Assembly (NCBI GenBank): GCA_016706865.1
Contig: JADJIS010000003.1
Coordinates: 18,030-82,029 of the forward strand
Source: Bacteroidota bacterium
Lineage (GTDB): Bacteria > Bacteroidota > Bacteroidia > Chitinophagales > BACL12
Direction: 5' to 3'
DNA length: 64,000 nt
Position numbers and translations under genes: made by a program. A model generated the notes under the pieces. That model searched no databases. It was not told the DNA's origin and worked only from the letters and a program-made list of their open reading frames with translations. Of the stretch, positions 27,494 through 38,097 are shown piece by piece (position 1 is the stretch's first letter; each line of letters opens with the position of its first letter).

Positions 27494-28246
27494 TCAATTT
27501 GTATAAAATTTACGGGTGGGTTGTTCAAAAATAGGTAGGTTCCAACTCAATTTGAAATTAATCATCATATCAATTCTGGTGGCATCATCTTTCATTTGAG
27601 TATCATAGTTGATGGATCTCCGGTTTTGGGTAATGCCTTCTGTTATCTCTATACCTGCACGAAAATTCACAAAATATTTATTGCTGAATAAATAATATCC
27701 GATATACTGGTTAAAGGCAAGGCCATTCGTAAGTCTGTCGTATCCTTTTTTATATTCCTCTGAAAGCTGTGGAACTGCGGTTTCGTCGATATAGATCCAG
27801 ATATTATGCTGCAAAAAACCAATTCCCCCCATAAAAGTTACTCCGGAATTGGGATTAATGCTTAATAAATTGGTGATCTTACCTACCTGTACTGAGGCGG
27901 TAAATCCGCTTTCCCAAAGAATCGGATCATATTGAAGTCCGTCTGTTCCTACTATATATCCCTCTTCATTCTTCAAATTGTTTACAATGGTATCCTCTCT
28001 CACTGCGCTTCCATATATAAACGCTCCGCTAATACTGTATAACCAGTTTTTGTTGGTCTTATACTGATAACCACCCCCAACTATTGCGTGCGGACCGAAT
28101 CGGTCGGCAAGATCAGCAGCAGGAAGGCCTATACCTAGATCAATGGTGATGATATTAGCCGAAACGCAGCTATCATTCAAATTTACCTGTGCGGTCAAAA
28201 TTGAGACAGAACAAACAAGAAGAAGGGTAAAAAAAATATATTTCAT
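27494..28246 (-). CDS. outer-membrane beta-barrel protein, function unknown
   Basis: Start placed at ATG 28246, giving the signal peptide MKYIFFTLLLVCSVSILTAQ. Beta-strand-rich sequence. Confidence 0.6.
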   Translation of the reverse strand: MKYIFFTLLLVCSVSILTAQVNLNDSCVSANIITIDLGIGLPAADLADRFGPHAIVGGGYQYKTNKNWLYSISGAFIYGSAVREDTIVNNLKNEEGYIVGTDGLQYDPILWESGFTASVQVGKITNLLSINPNSGVTFMGGIGFLQHNIWIYIDETAVPQLSEEYKKGYDRLTNGLAFNQYIGYYLFSNKYFVNFRAGIEITEGITQNRRSINYDTQMKDDATRIDMMINFKLSWNLPIFEQPTRKFYTN

Positions 28247-28337
28247 GTTAAGAGGGTCAAAATTACAAAGATTGTGGAGTTTGTGAACGCCTTCCACCTC
28301 CTTATATTATCTTTGCCGATTGAAATTTGACAATCTG

Positions 28338-29483
28338 ATGAAAAAGTTACAAATGGTTGATCTTACAGGTCAATACCAAAAAATAAAGGATGAAGTGGAT
28401 GCCGGTATTCAGGAGGTAATTGATACAACACAATTTATTAATGGTGCTGCAACCAAACAATTTGCCTCAGATCTGGCAACTTATCTGCAGGTTAAACATG
28501 TGATTCCTTGTGCCAATGGAACCGATGCCCTGCAAATTGCATTGATGGCGCTTGGTCTTCAGGAGGGTGATGAAGTGATCTCCATTCCTTTCACCTTTGT
28601 AGCTACGGTGGAAGTTGTTGCCTTATTAAAGTTGAAACCTGTTTTTGTTGATGTGGATGAAAATACATTCACAATAGACGTTGATAAAATTGAAGAAAAA
28701 ATAACATCCCGAACAAAAGCGATAATTCCAGTGCACCTCTTTGGCCAAAGTGCCGATATGGAAAAGATCATGGCGATTGCTGCAAAACATGATCTTATTG
28801 TAATTGAGGATAATGCGCAGGCAATAGGAAGTGAATTGATGATGGGAGAAAACAGGAAAGTTAAAACAGGAGCCATCGGGCATGTTGCAACCACTTCATT
28901 TTATCCTACAAAAAACCTTGGTGCATATGGTGATGGCGGCGCACTTTTTACAAATGATGATAATATCGCCCAAAAAATTAAGATCATTTGTGATCACGGT
29001 TCGGCAAAAAAATATTATTATGATGCAATAGGAGTTAATTCAAGACTCGACAGTATACAGGCGGCAATTTTAAATGTAAAACTTAAAAATCTTGATATTT
29101 ATAATGCACAGCGTCAAAATGCAGCTGCTTTGTACGATGCCGGATTAAAAGATGTACCAGGAATATTAATTCCCGCAAGATTTGAAAGATCAAGCCATGT
29201 ATTTCATCAATACACCATTAAAGTGGCACAAAACAGAGATGGACTAAAAGACTATTTGCAGGAAAAAGGAATTCCATCTATGATCTATTATCCGGTGCCT
29301 TTACACCTAAGTGATGCATATCAGGTTTATGGATATAATAGAGGTGATTTTCCTGTAAGCGAAAAAATATCGCAGGAAGTTTTATCCCTTCCCATGCATA
29401 CGGAATTGGATGTTGAACAAATAGAATATATATGTGAAACTATTAAAGAATTTGTATTAAAACAGATTTCGGTAATAGCCTGA
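28338..29483 (+). CDS. DegT/DnrJ/EryC1/StrS family sugar aminotransferase
   Basis: The pattern DL..QY...K, CANGTDALQIAL, TSFYPTKNLGAYGDGGA (PLP lysine context) and DSIQAAIL is typical of the family. ATG 28338 chosen. Confidence 0.9.
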   Translation: MKKLQMVDLTGQYQKIKDEVDAGIQEVIDTTQFINGAATKQFASDLATYLQVKHVIPCANGTDALQIALMALGLQEGDEVISIPFTFVATVEVVALLKLKPVFVDVDENTFTIDVDKIEEKITSRTKAIIPVHLFGQSADMEKIMAIAAKHDLIVIEDNAQAIGSELMMGENRKVKTGAIGHVATTSFYPTKNLGAYGDGGALFTNDDNIAQKIKIICDHGSAKKYYYDAIGVNSRLDSIQAAILNVKLKNLDIYNAQRQNAAALYDAGLKDVPGILIPARFERSSHVFHQYTIKVAQNRDGLKDYLQEKGIPSMIYYPVPLHLSDAYQVYGYNRGDFPVSEKISQEVLSLPMHTELDVEQIEYICETIKEFVLKQISVIA

Positions 29484-29526
29484 TCGCATTATAAAACACA
29501 CAAATTAATCATTAATTAAACGGAAA

Positions 29527-30816
29527 ATGTTCAACAAACTTAAACAGGGTGAAAATAAAATTTCAGTGATCGGTCTTGGATATGTTGGGCTGCCAATTGC
29601 ATTGGAATTTGGACGTAAATTTTCTGTTGTTGGGTATGATATTGATGAAGAACGCATACATATGTTAAATGCGGGTATTGATGAAGGCAATGATATAGAA
29701 CCACATGCTTTTGAAAATACAAATGTTGTATTCACTACCGACTTGAAGGAGCTGGAAACTTGTAATTTCCATATTATTGCTGTTCCAACTCCGGTGGATG
29801 AACATAAGGTTCCTGATTTATCTCCCTTGATTGCTGCAACAAAATCCATTGCAGGAATTTTAAAGACGGGTGATTATATTGTTTATGAATCAACTGTTTT
29901 TCCCGGATGCACGGAAGATATTTGTTTGCCTGTGTTGGAAGATGGTTCCGGACTTAAATTAAATACCGGGTTCAAATTAGGATATTCTCCTGAACGAATT
30001 AATCCGGGTGATGTGCAATACACACTTAAAAATGTAATTAAAATAGTATCAGGTTCTGATGCGGAAGCATTGGAAAATATCAGTGCCATTTATTCTGAAA
30101 TTGTTTTACCCGGCGTATATCAGGCTTCCAGTATTAAGGTTGCCGAAGCGGCAAAAATTCTTGAAAATACACAACGGGATCTCAATATTGCTTTGATGAA
30201 TGAATTATCCATAATTCTGGATAAGATGAACGTAAATACTTATGAGGTAATTGAAGCTGCAGGAACAAAATGGAATTTTCATAAATACAAACCCGGTCTT
30301 GTTGGAGGACATTGCATAGGAGTTGATCCCTATTATCTCACCTATAAGGCTATGGAACTTGGATATGAACCTTATGTAATTTTGGGTGGAAGAAAAGTAA
30401 ATGATAATATGGCGTTTTATGTTGCCCGACGCTGCATGCAGAAATTAATTGAAGCGGGTAAAAATCTTACGGATTCAAGAATATTAGTGATGGGATTAAC
30501 GTTCAAGGAAAATGTGAGTGATATCCGGAATTCAAAAGTAGCTGATCTGGTTCATGAATTATTATCTTTTGGATTACATGTTGATGTTACAGAACCCAAT
30601 GTTAGCTCAGCAGAAGTAAAGGAAGAATATAAGTTTGGTCTTCTGGAGGAGATTAAAGATAAATATGATGCGATAATTATTGCTGTAGCCCACAAAGAGT
30701 ATCTTAAATTGGATGAAAATTATTTTTTATCGCATGCGAAGGAGAATTGTTTATTAATAGATATTAAAGGAATTTATCGGAATAAATTTAATAATTTTAA
30801 TTATTGGTCATTATAA
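29527..30816 (+). CDS. nucleotide-sugar dehydrogenase (UDP-N-acetyl-hexosamine 6-dehydrogenase, TviB/WbpO-like)
   Basis: N-terminal Rossmann ISVIGLGYVGLPIA, catalytic GGHCIGVDPYYL, and a C-terminal UDP-binding domain. Confidence 0.9.
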   Translation: MFNKLKQGENKISVIGLGYVGLPIALEFGRKFSVVGYDIDEERIHMLNAGIDEGNDIEPHAFENTNVVFTTDLKELETCNFHIIAVPTPVDEHKVPDLSPLIAATKSIAGILKTGDYIVYESTVFPGCTEDICLPVLEDGSGLKLNTGFKLGYSPERINPGDVQYTLKNVIKIVSGSDAEALENISAIYSEIVLPGVYQASSIKVAEAAKILENTQRDLNIALMNELSIILDKMNVNTYEVIEAAGTKWNFHKYKPGLVGGHCIGVDPYYLTYKAMELGYEPYVILGGRKVNDNMAFYVARRCMQKLIEAGKNLTDSRILVMGLTFKENVSDIRNSKVADLVHELLSFGLHVDVTEPNVSSAEVKEEYKFGLLEEIKDKYDAIIIAVAHKEYLKLDENYFLSHAKENCLLIDIKGIYRNKFNNFNYWSL

Positions 30817-30817
30817 A

Positions 30818-31879
30818 ATGAATATGAAAAAATCAATTTTAATTACCGGAGGTGCGGGATTTATAGGTTCGCACGTGGTGCGTTTATTTGTGAATAAATA
30901 TCCTGAATATCAGATCATTAATCTGGATAAACTCACCTATGCAGGAAATCTTGCAAATCTCACTGATATTGAGGATAAGGAAAATTATTCTTTTGTGAAG
31001 GGAGATATAGTTGATGCAGAATTTATAGGTCAGCTATTTGAGGAACATATAATTGATGGAATAATTCACCTCGCAGCAGAAAGTCATGTTGACAGATCCA
31101 TTTCAAATCCGATTGAATTTGTGATGACCAATGTTGTAGGAACTGTTAATTTATTAAATGCAGCAAAATTACAATGGAAGGATAATTCGGAAGGTAAATT
31201 ATTTTATCATGTATCTACGGACGAAGTTTATGGAAGTTTAGGTGATGAAGGTTTTTTTTATGAGAATACCAATTATGATCCGCATTCACCCTATTCCGCA
31301 TCAAAAGCATCAAGCGATCACTTTGTAAGAGCTTACCACGATACGTATAAATTGCCCGTAGTTATTTCCAATTGTTCCAATAATTACGGATCGTTTCAAT
31401 TCCCTGAAAAATTGATCCCTTTGGCGATAAATAATATAAAAAATAATAAGCCAATACCGGTGTACGGTAAAGGAGAGAATGTTCGCGATTGGCTTTGGGT
31501 GGAAGACCATGCAAAAGCAATTGATACCATTTTTCATTCCGGTAAAATTGGCGACACTTATAATATCGGTGGATTTAATGAGTGGAAAAATATCGATCTG
31601 ATCAAATTGTTGTGCAATATCATGGATAACAAATTGCAGCGGGAACCGGGAACCAGCGAAAAACTGATAAGTTATGTTACAGATCGTGCGGGCCATGATC
31701 TGAGATATGCGATTGACGCTTCAAAATTAAGTAATGACCTGGGTTGGAAACCATCACTTCAATTTGAAGAAGGTTTGGAAAAAACGGTTGATTGGTATTT
31801 AAACAATGAAGATTGGTTAAACAATATTACCAGTGGTGATTATAAAAAATACTATGATAATCAATATGCATCAAGATAG
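30818..31879 (+). CDS. rfbB: dTDP-glucose 4,6-dehydratase
   Basis: ITGGAGFIGSH, the STDEVYG motif, and YSASKASSDHFVRAY (YxxxK). Confidence 0.95.
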   Translation: MNMKKSILITGGAGFIGSHVVRLFVNKYPEYQIINLDKLTYAGNLANLTDIEDKENYSFVKGDIVDAEFIGQLFEEHIIDGIIHLAAESHVDRSISNPIEFVMTNVVGTVNLLNAAKLQWKDNSEGKLFYHVSTDEVYGSLGDEGFFYENTNYDPHSPYSASKASSDHFVRAYHDTYKLPVVISNCSNNYGSFQFPEKLIPLAINNIKNNKPIPVYGKGENVRDWLWVEDHAKAIDTIFHSGKIGDTYNIGGFNEWKNIDLIKLLCNIMDNKLQREPGTSEKLISYVTDRAGHDLRYAIDASKLSNDLGWKPSLQFEEGLEKTVDWYLNNEDWLNNITSGDYKKYYDNQYASR

Positions 31880-31884
31880 TGTTT

Positions 31885-32628
31885 ATGGGTAACCTTTTTG
31901 GTAAATTATTTGATCATAAAGACCTGCTCGATTTTAGTGTTTTAAATGCGGATATGCATTCGCATTTAATTCCGAATATCGACGACGGTTCAGTGAGCAT
32001 TCTGGAAAGCCAAAAAATGATTTCCGGATTGCGCGCGATGGGATTCAAAAAATTTATTACGACCCCACATATCATGCCTGAGGTTTTTAAGAATAATAAA
32101 GAGATAATAGAGAACGCCAGTCATAATTTAAATGCTGAACTTGCCGAAGACGATGTTTCTGTGATTGCAGCAGCGGAATATTATATTGACCAGGAATTTC
32201 CAAACAGGGTACGCAACGATGAAAAATTTTTAACATTCGGCGAAAATTACATTTTGATAGAAGTAAATATGATGGCAAGAGAAAAGCGCCTGGAGGAAGT
32301 TTTGTTTGAACTTAATTTAAAAGGATATAAACCGGTATTAGCCCACGTTGAACGATATCCATATATGTTTGAAGGAAACTCGCTGGCATATTATTCAAGT
32401 TTATTGGATGCTGATGTTTTGTTGCAAGTAAATTTACGTTCATTCACTGGCCAATATGGGGAGATTCAAAAAAAAATAGCAAGACAACTTGCAGAACACA
32501 ATATGATCAATTTTTTGGGTACAGATATTCATCATGAAAATCAACTACCCATTATTTATCAATCAATGAAAGACCCTTATGTTCAAAAATTATTGATCAA
32601 GAACAAATTATTGAATAATCAACTATAG
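31885..32628 (+). CDS. CpsB/CapC-type (PHP family) capsular polysaccharide tyrosine phosphatase
   Basis: DMHSHLIPNIDDGS N-terminal metal motif, HVERY and GTDIHH motifs. Confidence 0.85.
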   Translation: MGNLFGKLFDHKDLLDFSVLNADMHSHLIPNIDDGSVSILESQKMISGLRAMGFKKFITTPHIMPEVFKNNKEIIENASHNLNAELAEDDVSVIAAAEYYIDQEFPNRVRNDEKFLTFGENYILIEVNMMAREKRLEEVLFELNLKGYKPVLAHVERYPYMFEGNSLAYYSSLLDADVLLQVNLRSFTGQYGEIQKKIARQLAEHNMINFLGTDIHHENQLPIIYQSMKDPYVQKLLIKNKLLNNQL

Positions 32629-32665
32629 TTTCATCTATAATATTAAAAATTATAATAAATTAATT

Positions 32666-33217
32666 ATGCCATTTACCGACACCCCAATTCCTGACCTTTT
32701 TGTTTTTGAACCGAATATATTTGAAGATGCCAGGGGTTATTTTTTTGAGTCATTTAATACAGCAATTTTTGCGGAAAAAAATATAAACACGAATTTTGTA
32801 CAGGATAATCAATCAAAATCGAGTTATGGGGTTTTACGTGGATTACATTATCAGCTTAATCCTTTTTCTCAGGCAAAATTAGTACGCGTTATTTCAGGTG
32901 AGGTGCTGGATGTGGCCGTGGACATAAGGCAAAATTCACCCACTTATGGTCAACATTTTTCTATAATATTATCGGCTGAAAATAAAAAACAACTATATAT
33001 TCCGAGAGGATTTGCACATGGTTTTGTAGTATTGAGTGAAACGGCAGAGTTTTTTTATAAATGTGATAATTTTTATTCCAAAGAACACGATGCGGGAATT
33101 ATTTATAATGATGTTTCCCTAAATATTGATTGGATCTTAAAACCGGATATGATTCTTGTTTCTGAAAAGGATAAAAATCTGCCCGCATTAATTTCTTCAA
33201 AAAATAATTTTATTTAA
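32666..33217 (+). CDS. rfbC: dTDP-4-dehydrorhamnose 3,5-epimerase
   Basis: FEDARGYFFESF, RGLHYQ, KLVRV..GEVLDVAVDIR and GFAHGF motifs. Confidence 0.95.
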   Translation: MPFTDTPIPDLFVFEPNIFEDARGYFFESFNTAIFAEKNINTNFVQDNQSKSSYGVLRGLHYQLNPFSQAKLVRVISGEVLDVAVDIRQNSPTYGQHFSIILSAENKKQLYIPRGFAHGFVVLSETAEFFYKCDNFYSKEHDAGIIYNDVSLNIDWILKPDMILVSEKDKNLPALISSKNNFI

Positions 33218-33271
33218 TCTAAAGTATTATAAGGAGTTAATTATTAATAATAATTCCAACAATTAAAAAAC

Positions 33272-34918
33272 ATGGCAAAAATTCTTATAACAGGAAGTAA
33301 CGGTCAACTCGGAAGTGAATTGCAGGATATAGCAAAACGAAATAAACAACACGAATATATATTTGTTGACGTTGATGATCTGGATATTACGGAAGCTAAT
33401 GCTGTTGATACTTTTTTTTCTTTATACAACTTTGATATTTGTATCAATTGTGCAGCTTATACTGCTGTTGACAAAGCGGAGGCAGACCATCTTTTGGCAT
33501 TTAAAATAAATGTTACGGGAGTGGAGCATCTCGCGAAAGCATGTCAGAAAAACAATGCTGTGTTTATTCATATATCCACGGATTTTGTTTTTGATGGTGA
33601 GGCAACTGAACCTTATAATGTGGATCATCCGGTAAACCCGATAAGTGTTTATGGGCAAACAAAAGCAGAAGGTGAATACCGTGCATTATCTCTCAATACC
33701 AAAACAATTCTTATAAGAACAAGTTGGGTGTATAGTTTTTATGGACACAATTTTGTAAAAACAATGATAAAGCTCGGGAAAGAAAAAACGAGTTTAAATG
33801 TTGTTGATGATCAGGTAGGTGTTCCAACTTATGCCGGAGATCTGGCTAATGTGATATTTAAATTTATAGAAGCTGCAAAAACTTTAGAATTTGGAATTTA
33901 TCATTATTCCAATTCAGGTGAAACTACCTGGTGTGGATTTGCAACCGAGATCATGCATTTATACAATTTAAATTGTACAGTTAATCCAATTACTACCGAA
34001 CAATATCCAACCCCTGCAAAACGTCCAAAATATTCGCTCTTAAATACGGAGAAAATAAAACAGGTATTACATATTGAAATACCCGATTGGAAAAAATCTT
34101 TAAATCATGTAATTCAACTCATAAAAAATAACGAAATGCTAGAAAAAATTGATGTAAATAAAATTATCGCCATTGCTGAGGAAGCAGGCAGAGAGATCAT
34201 GAAAATTTATGAAACCGGTGATTTTGCCATCACTGATAAAAGTGATAATTCTCCTTTAACAAAAGCGGATAAAGCCGGAAATGCAGTTATTGTTGCGGCA
34301 TTAAAAGAAAACTATCCCGATATTCCTATCATTTCTGAAGAAAATAAAATGATTGACTACAGCGAAAGAAAAGATTGGGAATATTTCTGGCTTGTTGATC
34401 CATTGGACGGAACCAAAGAGTTTATTAAAAAGAATGGTGAATTTACCGTTAATATTGCGCTCATTCGCAACGGAAAACCAGTTATGGGAGTTGTTGGAAT
34501 TCCTGCAAAAAATCAAATGTATTATGCCGTTGAGAATAAGGGTGCATTCAAAATTGATGAGGAAGGAAATAAAATTAAACTGGAGGTAAACGCTCCAAAA
34601 GAAAATGAGATCGCCTTGATTGGAAGTCGCTCTCATCCATCACCGGAATTCGATGCATATTTAAAGGATATGGAGCAAAAATATGAAACAGTGAATTTTG
34701 TTCCTGCCGGAAGTTCCTTAAAATTCTGTCTTGTTGCAGAGGGAAAAGCTGATGTATATCCACGTTTAGGCCCAACTATGGAATGGGACACTGCCGCGGG
34801 TCACGCACTTGTTTTGGAAGCCGGAGCCAGAGTTAAAGTTTATGGAGGTGTTACTGACCTTCAATACAATAAAGAAAATTTATTAAACCCATTCTTTATA
34901 GTTGAAAGAAATAATTGA
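33272..34918 (+). CDS. rfbD: fusion protein: dTDP-4-dehydrorhamnose reductase (N-terminal ~285 aa) + 3'(2'),5'-bisphosphate nucleotidase CysQ-like domain (from M289)
   Basis: Single 548-codon frame. The N-terminal part has ILITGSNGQLGSEL...YTAVDKAE...PTPAKRPKYSLLN. The C-terminal part has PLTKADKA..., WLVDPLDGTKEF and EWDTAAGHA (IMPase/CysQ fold). There is no stop between the two parts. Confidence 0.85.
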   Translation: MAKILITGSNGQLGSELQDIAKRNKQHEYIFVDVDDLDITEANAVDTFFSLYNFDICINCAAYTAVDKAEADHLLAFKINVTGVEHLAKACQKNNAVFIHISTDFVFDGEATEPYNVDHPVNPISVYGQTKAEGEYRALSLNTKTILIRTSWVYSFYGHNFVKTMIKLGKEKTSLNVVDDQVGVPTYAGDLANVIFKFIEAAKTLEFGIYHYSNSGETTWCGFATEIMHLYNLNCTVNPITTEQYPTPAKRPKYSLLNTEKIKQVLHIEIPDWKKSLNHVIQLIKNNEMLEKIDVNKIIAIAEEAGREIMKIYETGDFAITDKSDNSPLTKADKAGNAVIVAALKENYPDIPIISEENKMIDYSERKDWEYFWLVDPLDGTKEFIKKNGEFTVNIALIRNGKPVMGVVGIPAKNQMYYAVENKGAFKIDEEGNKIKLEVNAPKENEIALIGSRSHPSPEFDAYLKDMEQKYETVNFVPAGSSLKFCLVAEGKADVYPRLGPTMEWDTAAGHALVLEAGARVKVYGGVTDLQYNKENLLNPFFIVERNN

Positions 34919-34969
34919 TCGAAAAATATGTAAAAATTGTGCTCATTTGTGACATTGTATTTTAACATT

Positions 34970-35000
34970 AAACCCGGTTTTTAGCCGGGTTTTGTTTTTT
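34970..35000 (+). terminator. intrinsic terminator after the polysaccharide cluster
   Basis: AAACCCGG-TTTTTAG-CCGGGTTT followed by TGTTTTTT. Confidence 0.8.
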
Positions 35001-35066
35001 GAAAGCTGTTATGTGACTACCGTTACGGCTTATTTTTTCTATTTTAGCAGATACAAACTACACAAC

Positions 35067-38060
35067 ATGAGAAAACTTTCAGCCGGTTTTTTAAGTTTAT
35101 TTATTTATTTATTCGCTTCTGCTCAAACTGCAGAAACCGTTGTGGATACGGCAGCGGTGGCTCCTCCCGTATTAACGGAACGTCAATTGGGCCTTCAAAA
35201 GCGCAAGGCAATGGAAAACAGTACGCTACTGAGCAATGTGGAATTTACAAATATTGGTCCTACCATAATGAGCGGACGTGTGACAGACTTAGACGTTAAC
35301 CCAAAGGATCCCACAAAATTTTATGTATCCTATGCCAGTGGTGGATTGTGGTATACGGAGAACAATGGATTGTCATTTACACCGCTTTTTGATAATGAAG
35401 ATGTAATAACAATTGGTGACTTTGCTGTAGACTGGGCAAACAATATTATTTGGGTCGGTACAGGTGAAGTAAATAGCTCCCGCTCAAGTTACGCGGGAAT
35501 TGGCGTTTATAAGTCGGTTGATGGGGGTAAAAGTTGGGAATACTGTGGTTTACCTGAATCGCATCACATTGGTAGAATTGTGATAAATCCAAGAGATCCG
35601 AATATGGTTTATGTTGCAGTATTGGGGCATTTATATACTCCGAATGTAGAAAGAGGGGTATATAAAACAACTGATGGTGGAAAAACATGGAAACAAACCT
35701 TATTTATTGATGAAAATACAGGTGCTATTGATCTGTTGATAGATCCAAATGTTCCGGATTTTTTATATGCCTGCACCTGGCACCGTGAACGCCGGGCGTG
35801 GAATTTTGTAGAATCAGGTTCGGGTTCCGGAATTTATAAGTCAGTTGATCAGGGTGAAACATGGAATCTGTTGACAAAAAATGGGTCTGGTTTTCCGCAG
35901 GGCGAGGGAATCGGAAGAATTGGAATTGCAGTTTCTTATCAGAGAAATAATATAGTTTATGCAGTAGTTGATAATCAAACTCCAAAAGAGGTTGATCCCG
36001 CAGAAAGGATGCGAAAGGCGGATGAGGAAATTTTTAACATGGATTCATTAAAAGCGCTTACAAAAGAAAAATTTGCTATGCTGGACAATGCAGATCTTGC
36101 AAATTTTTTAGAAAAAAATAAATTCCCCAAAGATCAAACGGCTTCCCTTTTAAAAGAGAAAGTTGCGAACGAAGAATATTTACCAACAGTTTTAACAGAT
36201 TATTTAAATGATGGAGGATATATTTTTAATTTACCGATAAAAGGCTGCGAAATATATAGAAGCGATGATGGTGGTACAACCTGGTTCAGAACACATGATA
36301 AATATCTCGACGGTGCATTTTTTACATATGGATATTATTTCAGTACTATTGAAGTGAGTCCGAAAAACGACAATAAAATAATTGTTTCTGCATTTAATGC
36401 ATTGCTTAGTGAAGATGGTGGAAAAACCTTTAAAAATATAGATGGAGATAATGTACATCCCGATCATCATGTAGCATGGATGAATCCGTCAAATGATAAA
36501 CATATAATTGTTGGAAACGACGGCGGTATAAATATTACTTATGACAACGGGAAAAATTGGTATCTGGCAAATAATCCTGCAGTTGGTCAATTTTATTCTG
36601 TTACCGTAGATGATGCAACACCCTATAATGTGTATGGAGGATTGCAGGATAACGGCGTGTGGACAGGCCCTTCCACTTATAATAAAAATAACTATTGGTA
36701 TTCTTCAGGAAAATATCCCTATCAGGCAATTTATGGTGGGGATGGAATGCAAGTTCAGGTTGATACAAGAAATAATGAAACCGTATATACGGGATATCAG
36801 TTTGGATATTATGCACGTTTAAATAAAAATTCAGGAAAAGAAGAATTAAGTATTCGCCCGGCTACCAAATTTGGTGAGGCGCCACTGCGGTATAATTGGC
36901 AAACTCCTATTGCACTTAGTAAACACAGTCAGGATATTTTGTATTATGGGTCTAACAGATTTCATCGATCATTAAATAAAGGGGAGAATTTAGTTACACT
37001 TAGTGAAGATCTTTCCAATGGAAAAATAGAAGGTGATGTAGCATACGGAACAATAACAACAATTTCTGAATCACCAATTAAATTCGGTTTATTGTACTGT
37101 GGTACAGATGATGGAAATATTTGGGTGAGTAAAGACAATGGATACAACTGGAATAAAATAAATGTTTTTATTAAAAAGGAGATGCCTGCTACCAAAGCAA
37201 AAACACCTCCGCCGGCTATAAATATTATTCCGGAGGGGTTATGGGTGAGTAGAGTAGTGGCTGGAAAATATAATGAATCAACTGTTATTGCCTCTTTGAA
37301 TGGATATAGGAACGATAATTTCAATCCGTATTTATTTATAAGCGACGATTATGGATTAACCTGGTCGCAAATTGGAACTGACCTGCCGGCAGAACCTATT
37401 AATGTGGTAAAAGAAGATCCTAAAAATTATAATATTCTTTATGTAGGCACCGATAATGGTCTTTACATTTCATTAAACAGAGGAAGAAATTTCATGACCT
37501 TCAGCGCCGGGATGCCCCGCGTAGCTGTGCATGATCTCGCAATTCAGGAACGGGAAAATGAAATAGTGGTAGGCACACATGGGAGAAGTTTATATAAGGC
37601 CGACCTTGATGAAGTGCAGGCTCTTGATTCGTTAATTTCAAAAGATATCTATCTATTTGCGATAGATAATATAAGTTATGATGAAAATCTGGGTAAACAA
37701 TTTAATGTTTTTAACGATACTTATGTGTATGATCAGCAGTTTGCATATTTTGTAAAATCTGCCGGAGTGGTAACCATTCAGATCGCTACTGATGATGGTA
37801 CTATTTTAACAGAAATGACCGATAATGCCGAAGCAGGAATTAATTATTTAAAGTATGATCTTAGTATCGATAATAAATTTGAAGCTGTATATGAAAATTA
37901 TTTGAATAATCAACCTGTGGATGGCATGCGTAAAGTTGCGGATGTAAAAGCTGCGGACAACGGAAAAATTTATGTAATGCCGGGAAAATTTCAAATTAAA
38001 ATGTCGACAGAAAGTTTGAATAATGTGGTGGAGAATTTTGAGGTGGTGAAAATGGACTAA
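35067..38060 (+). CDS. large secreted BNR/Asp-box sortilin-Vps10-like beta-propeller protein (no obvious T9SS tail)
   Basis: Start placed at ATG 35067, giving MRKLSAGFLSLFIYLFASAQ. At least eight Asp-boxes (KSVDGGKSW, KTTDGGKTW, KSVDQGETW, RSDDGGTTW, SEDGGKTF, TYDNGKNW, SKDNGYNW, SDDYGLTW). Confidence 0.8.
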   Translation: MRKLSAGFLSLFIYLFASAQTAETVVDTAAVAPPVLTERQLGLQKRKAMENSTLLSNVEFTNIGPTIMSGRVTDLDVNPKDPTKFYVSYASGGLWYTENNGLSFTPLFDNEDVITIGDFAVDWANNIIWVGTGEVNSSRSSYAGIGVYKSVDGGKSWEYCGLPESHHIGRIVINPRDPNMVYVAVLGHLYTPNVERGVYKTTDGGKTWKQTLFIDENTGAIDLLIDPNVPDFLYACTWHRERRAWNFVESGSGSGIYKSVDQGETWNLLTKNGSGFPQGEGIGRIGIAVSYQRNNIVYAVVDNQTPKEVDPAERMRKADEEIFNMDSLKALTKEKFAMLDNADLANFLEKNKFPKDQTASLLKEKVANEEYLPTVLTDYLNDGGYIFNLPIKGCEIYRSDDGGTTWFRTHDKYLDGAFFTYGYYFSTIEVSPKNDNKIIVSAFNALLSEDGGKTFKNIDGDNVHPDHHVAWMNPSNDKHIIVGNDGGINITYDNGKNWYLANNPAVGQFYSVTVDDATPYNVYGGLQDNGVWTGPSTYNKNNYWYSSGKYPYQAIYGGDGMQVQVDTRNNETVYTGYQFGYYARLNKNSGKEELSIRPATKFGEAPLRYNWQTPIALSKHSQDILYYGSNRFHRSLNKGENLVTLSEDLSNGKIEGDVAYGTITTISESPIKFGLLYCGTDDGNIWVSKDNGYNWNKINVFIKKEMPATKAKTPPPAINIIPEGLWVSRVVAGKYNESTVIASLNGYRNDNFNPYLFISDDYGLTWSQIGTDLPAEPINVVKEDPKNYNILYVGTDNGLYISLNRGRNFMTFSAGMPRVAVHDLAIQERENEIVVGTHGRSLYKADLDEVQALDSLISKDIYLFAIDNISYDENLGKQFNVFNDTYVYDQQFAYFVKSAGVVTIQIATDDGTILTEMTDNAEAGINYLKYDLSIDNKFEAVYENYLNNQPVDGMRKVADVKAADNGKIYVMPGKFQIKMSTESLNNVVENFEVVKMD

Positions 38061-38097
38061 TAACGAAATTTTTTCTGACAATTGCGTTTTGTATGAT

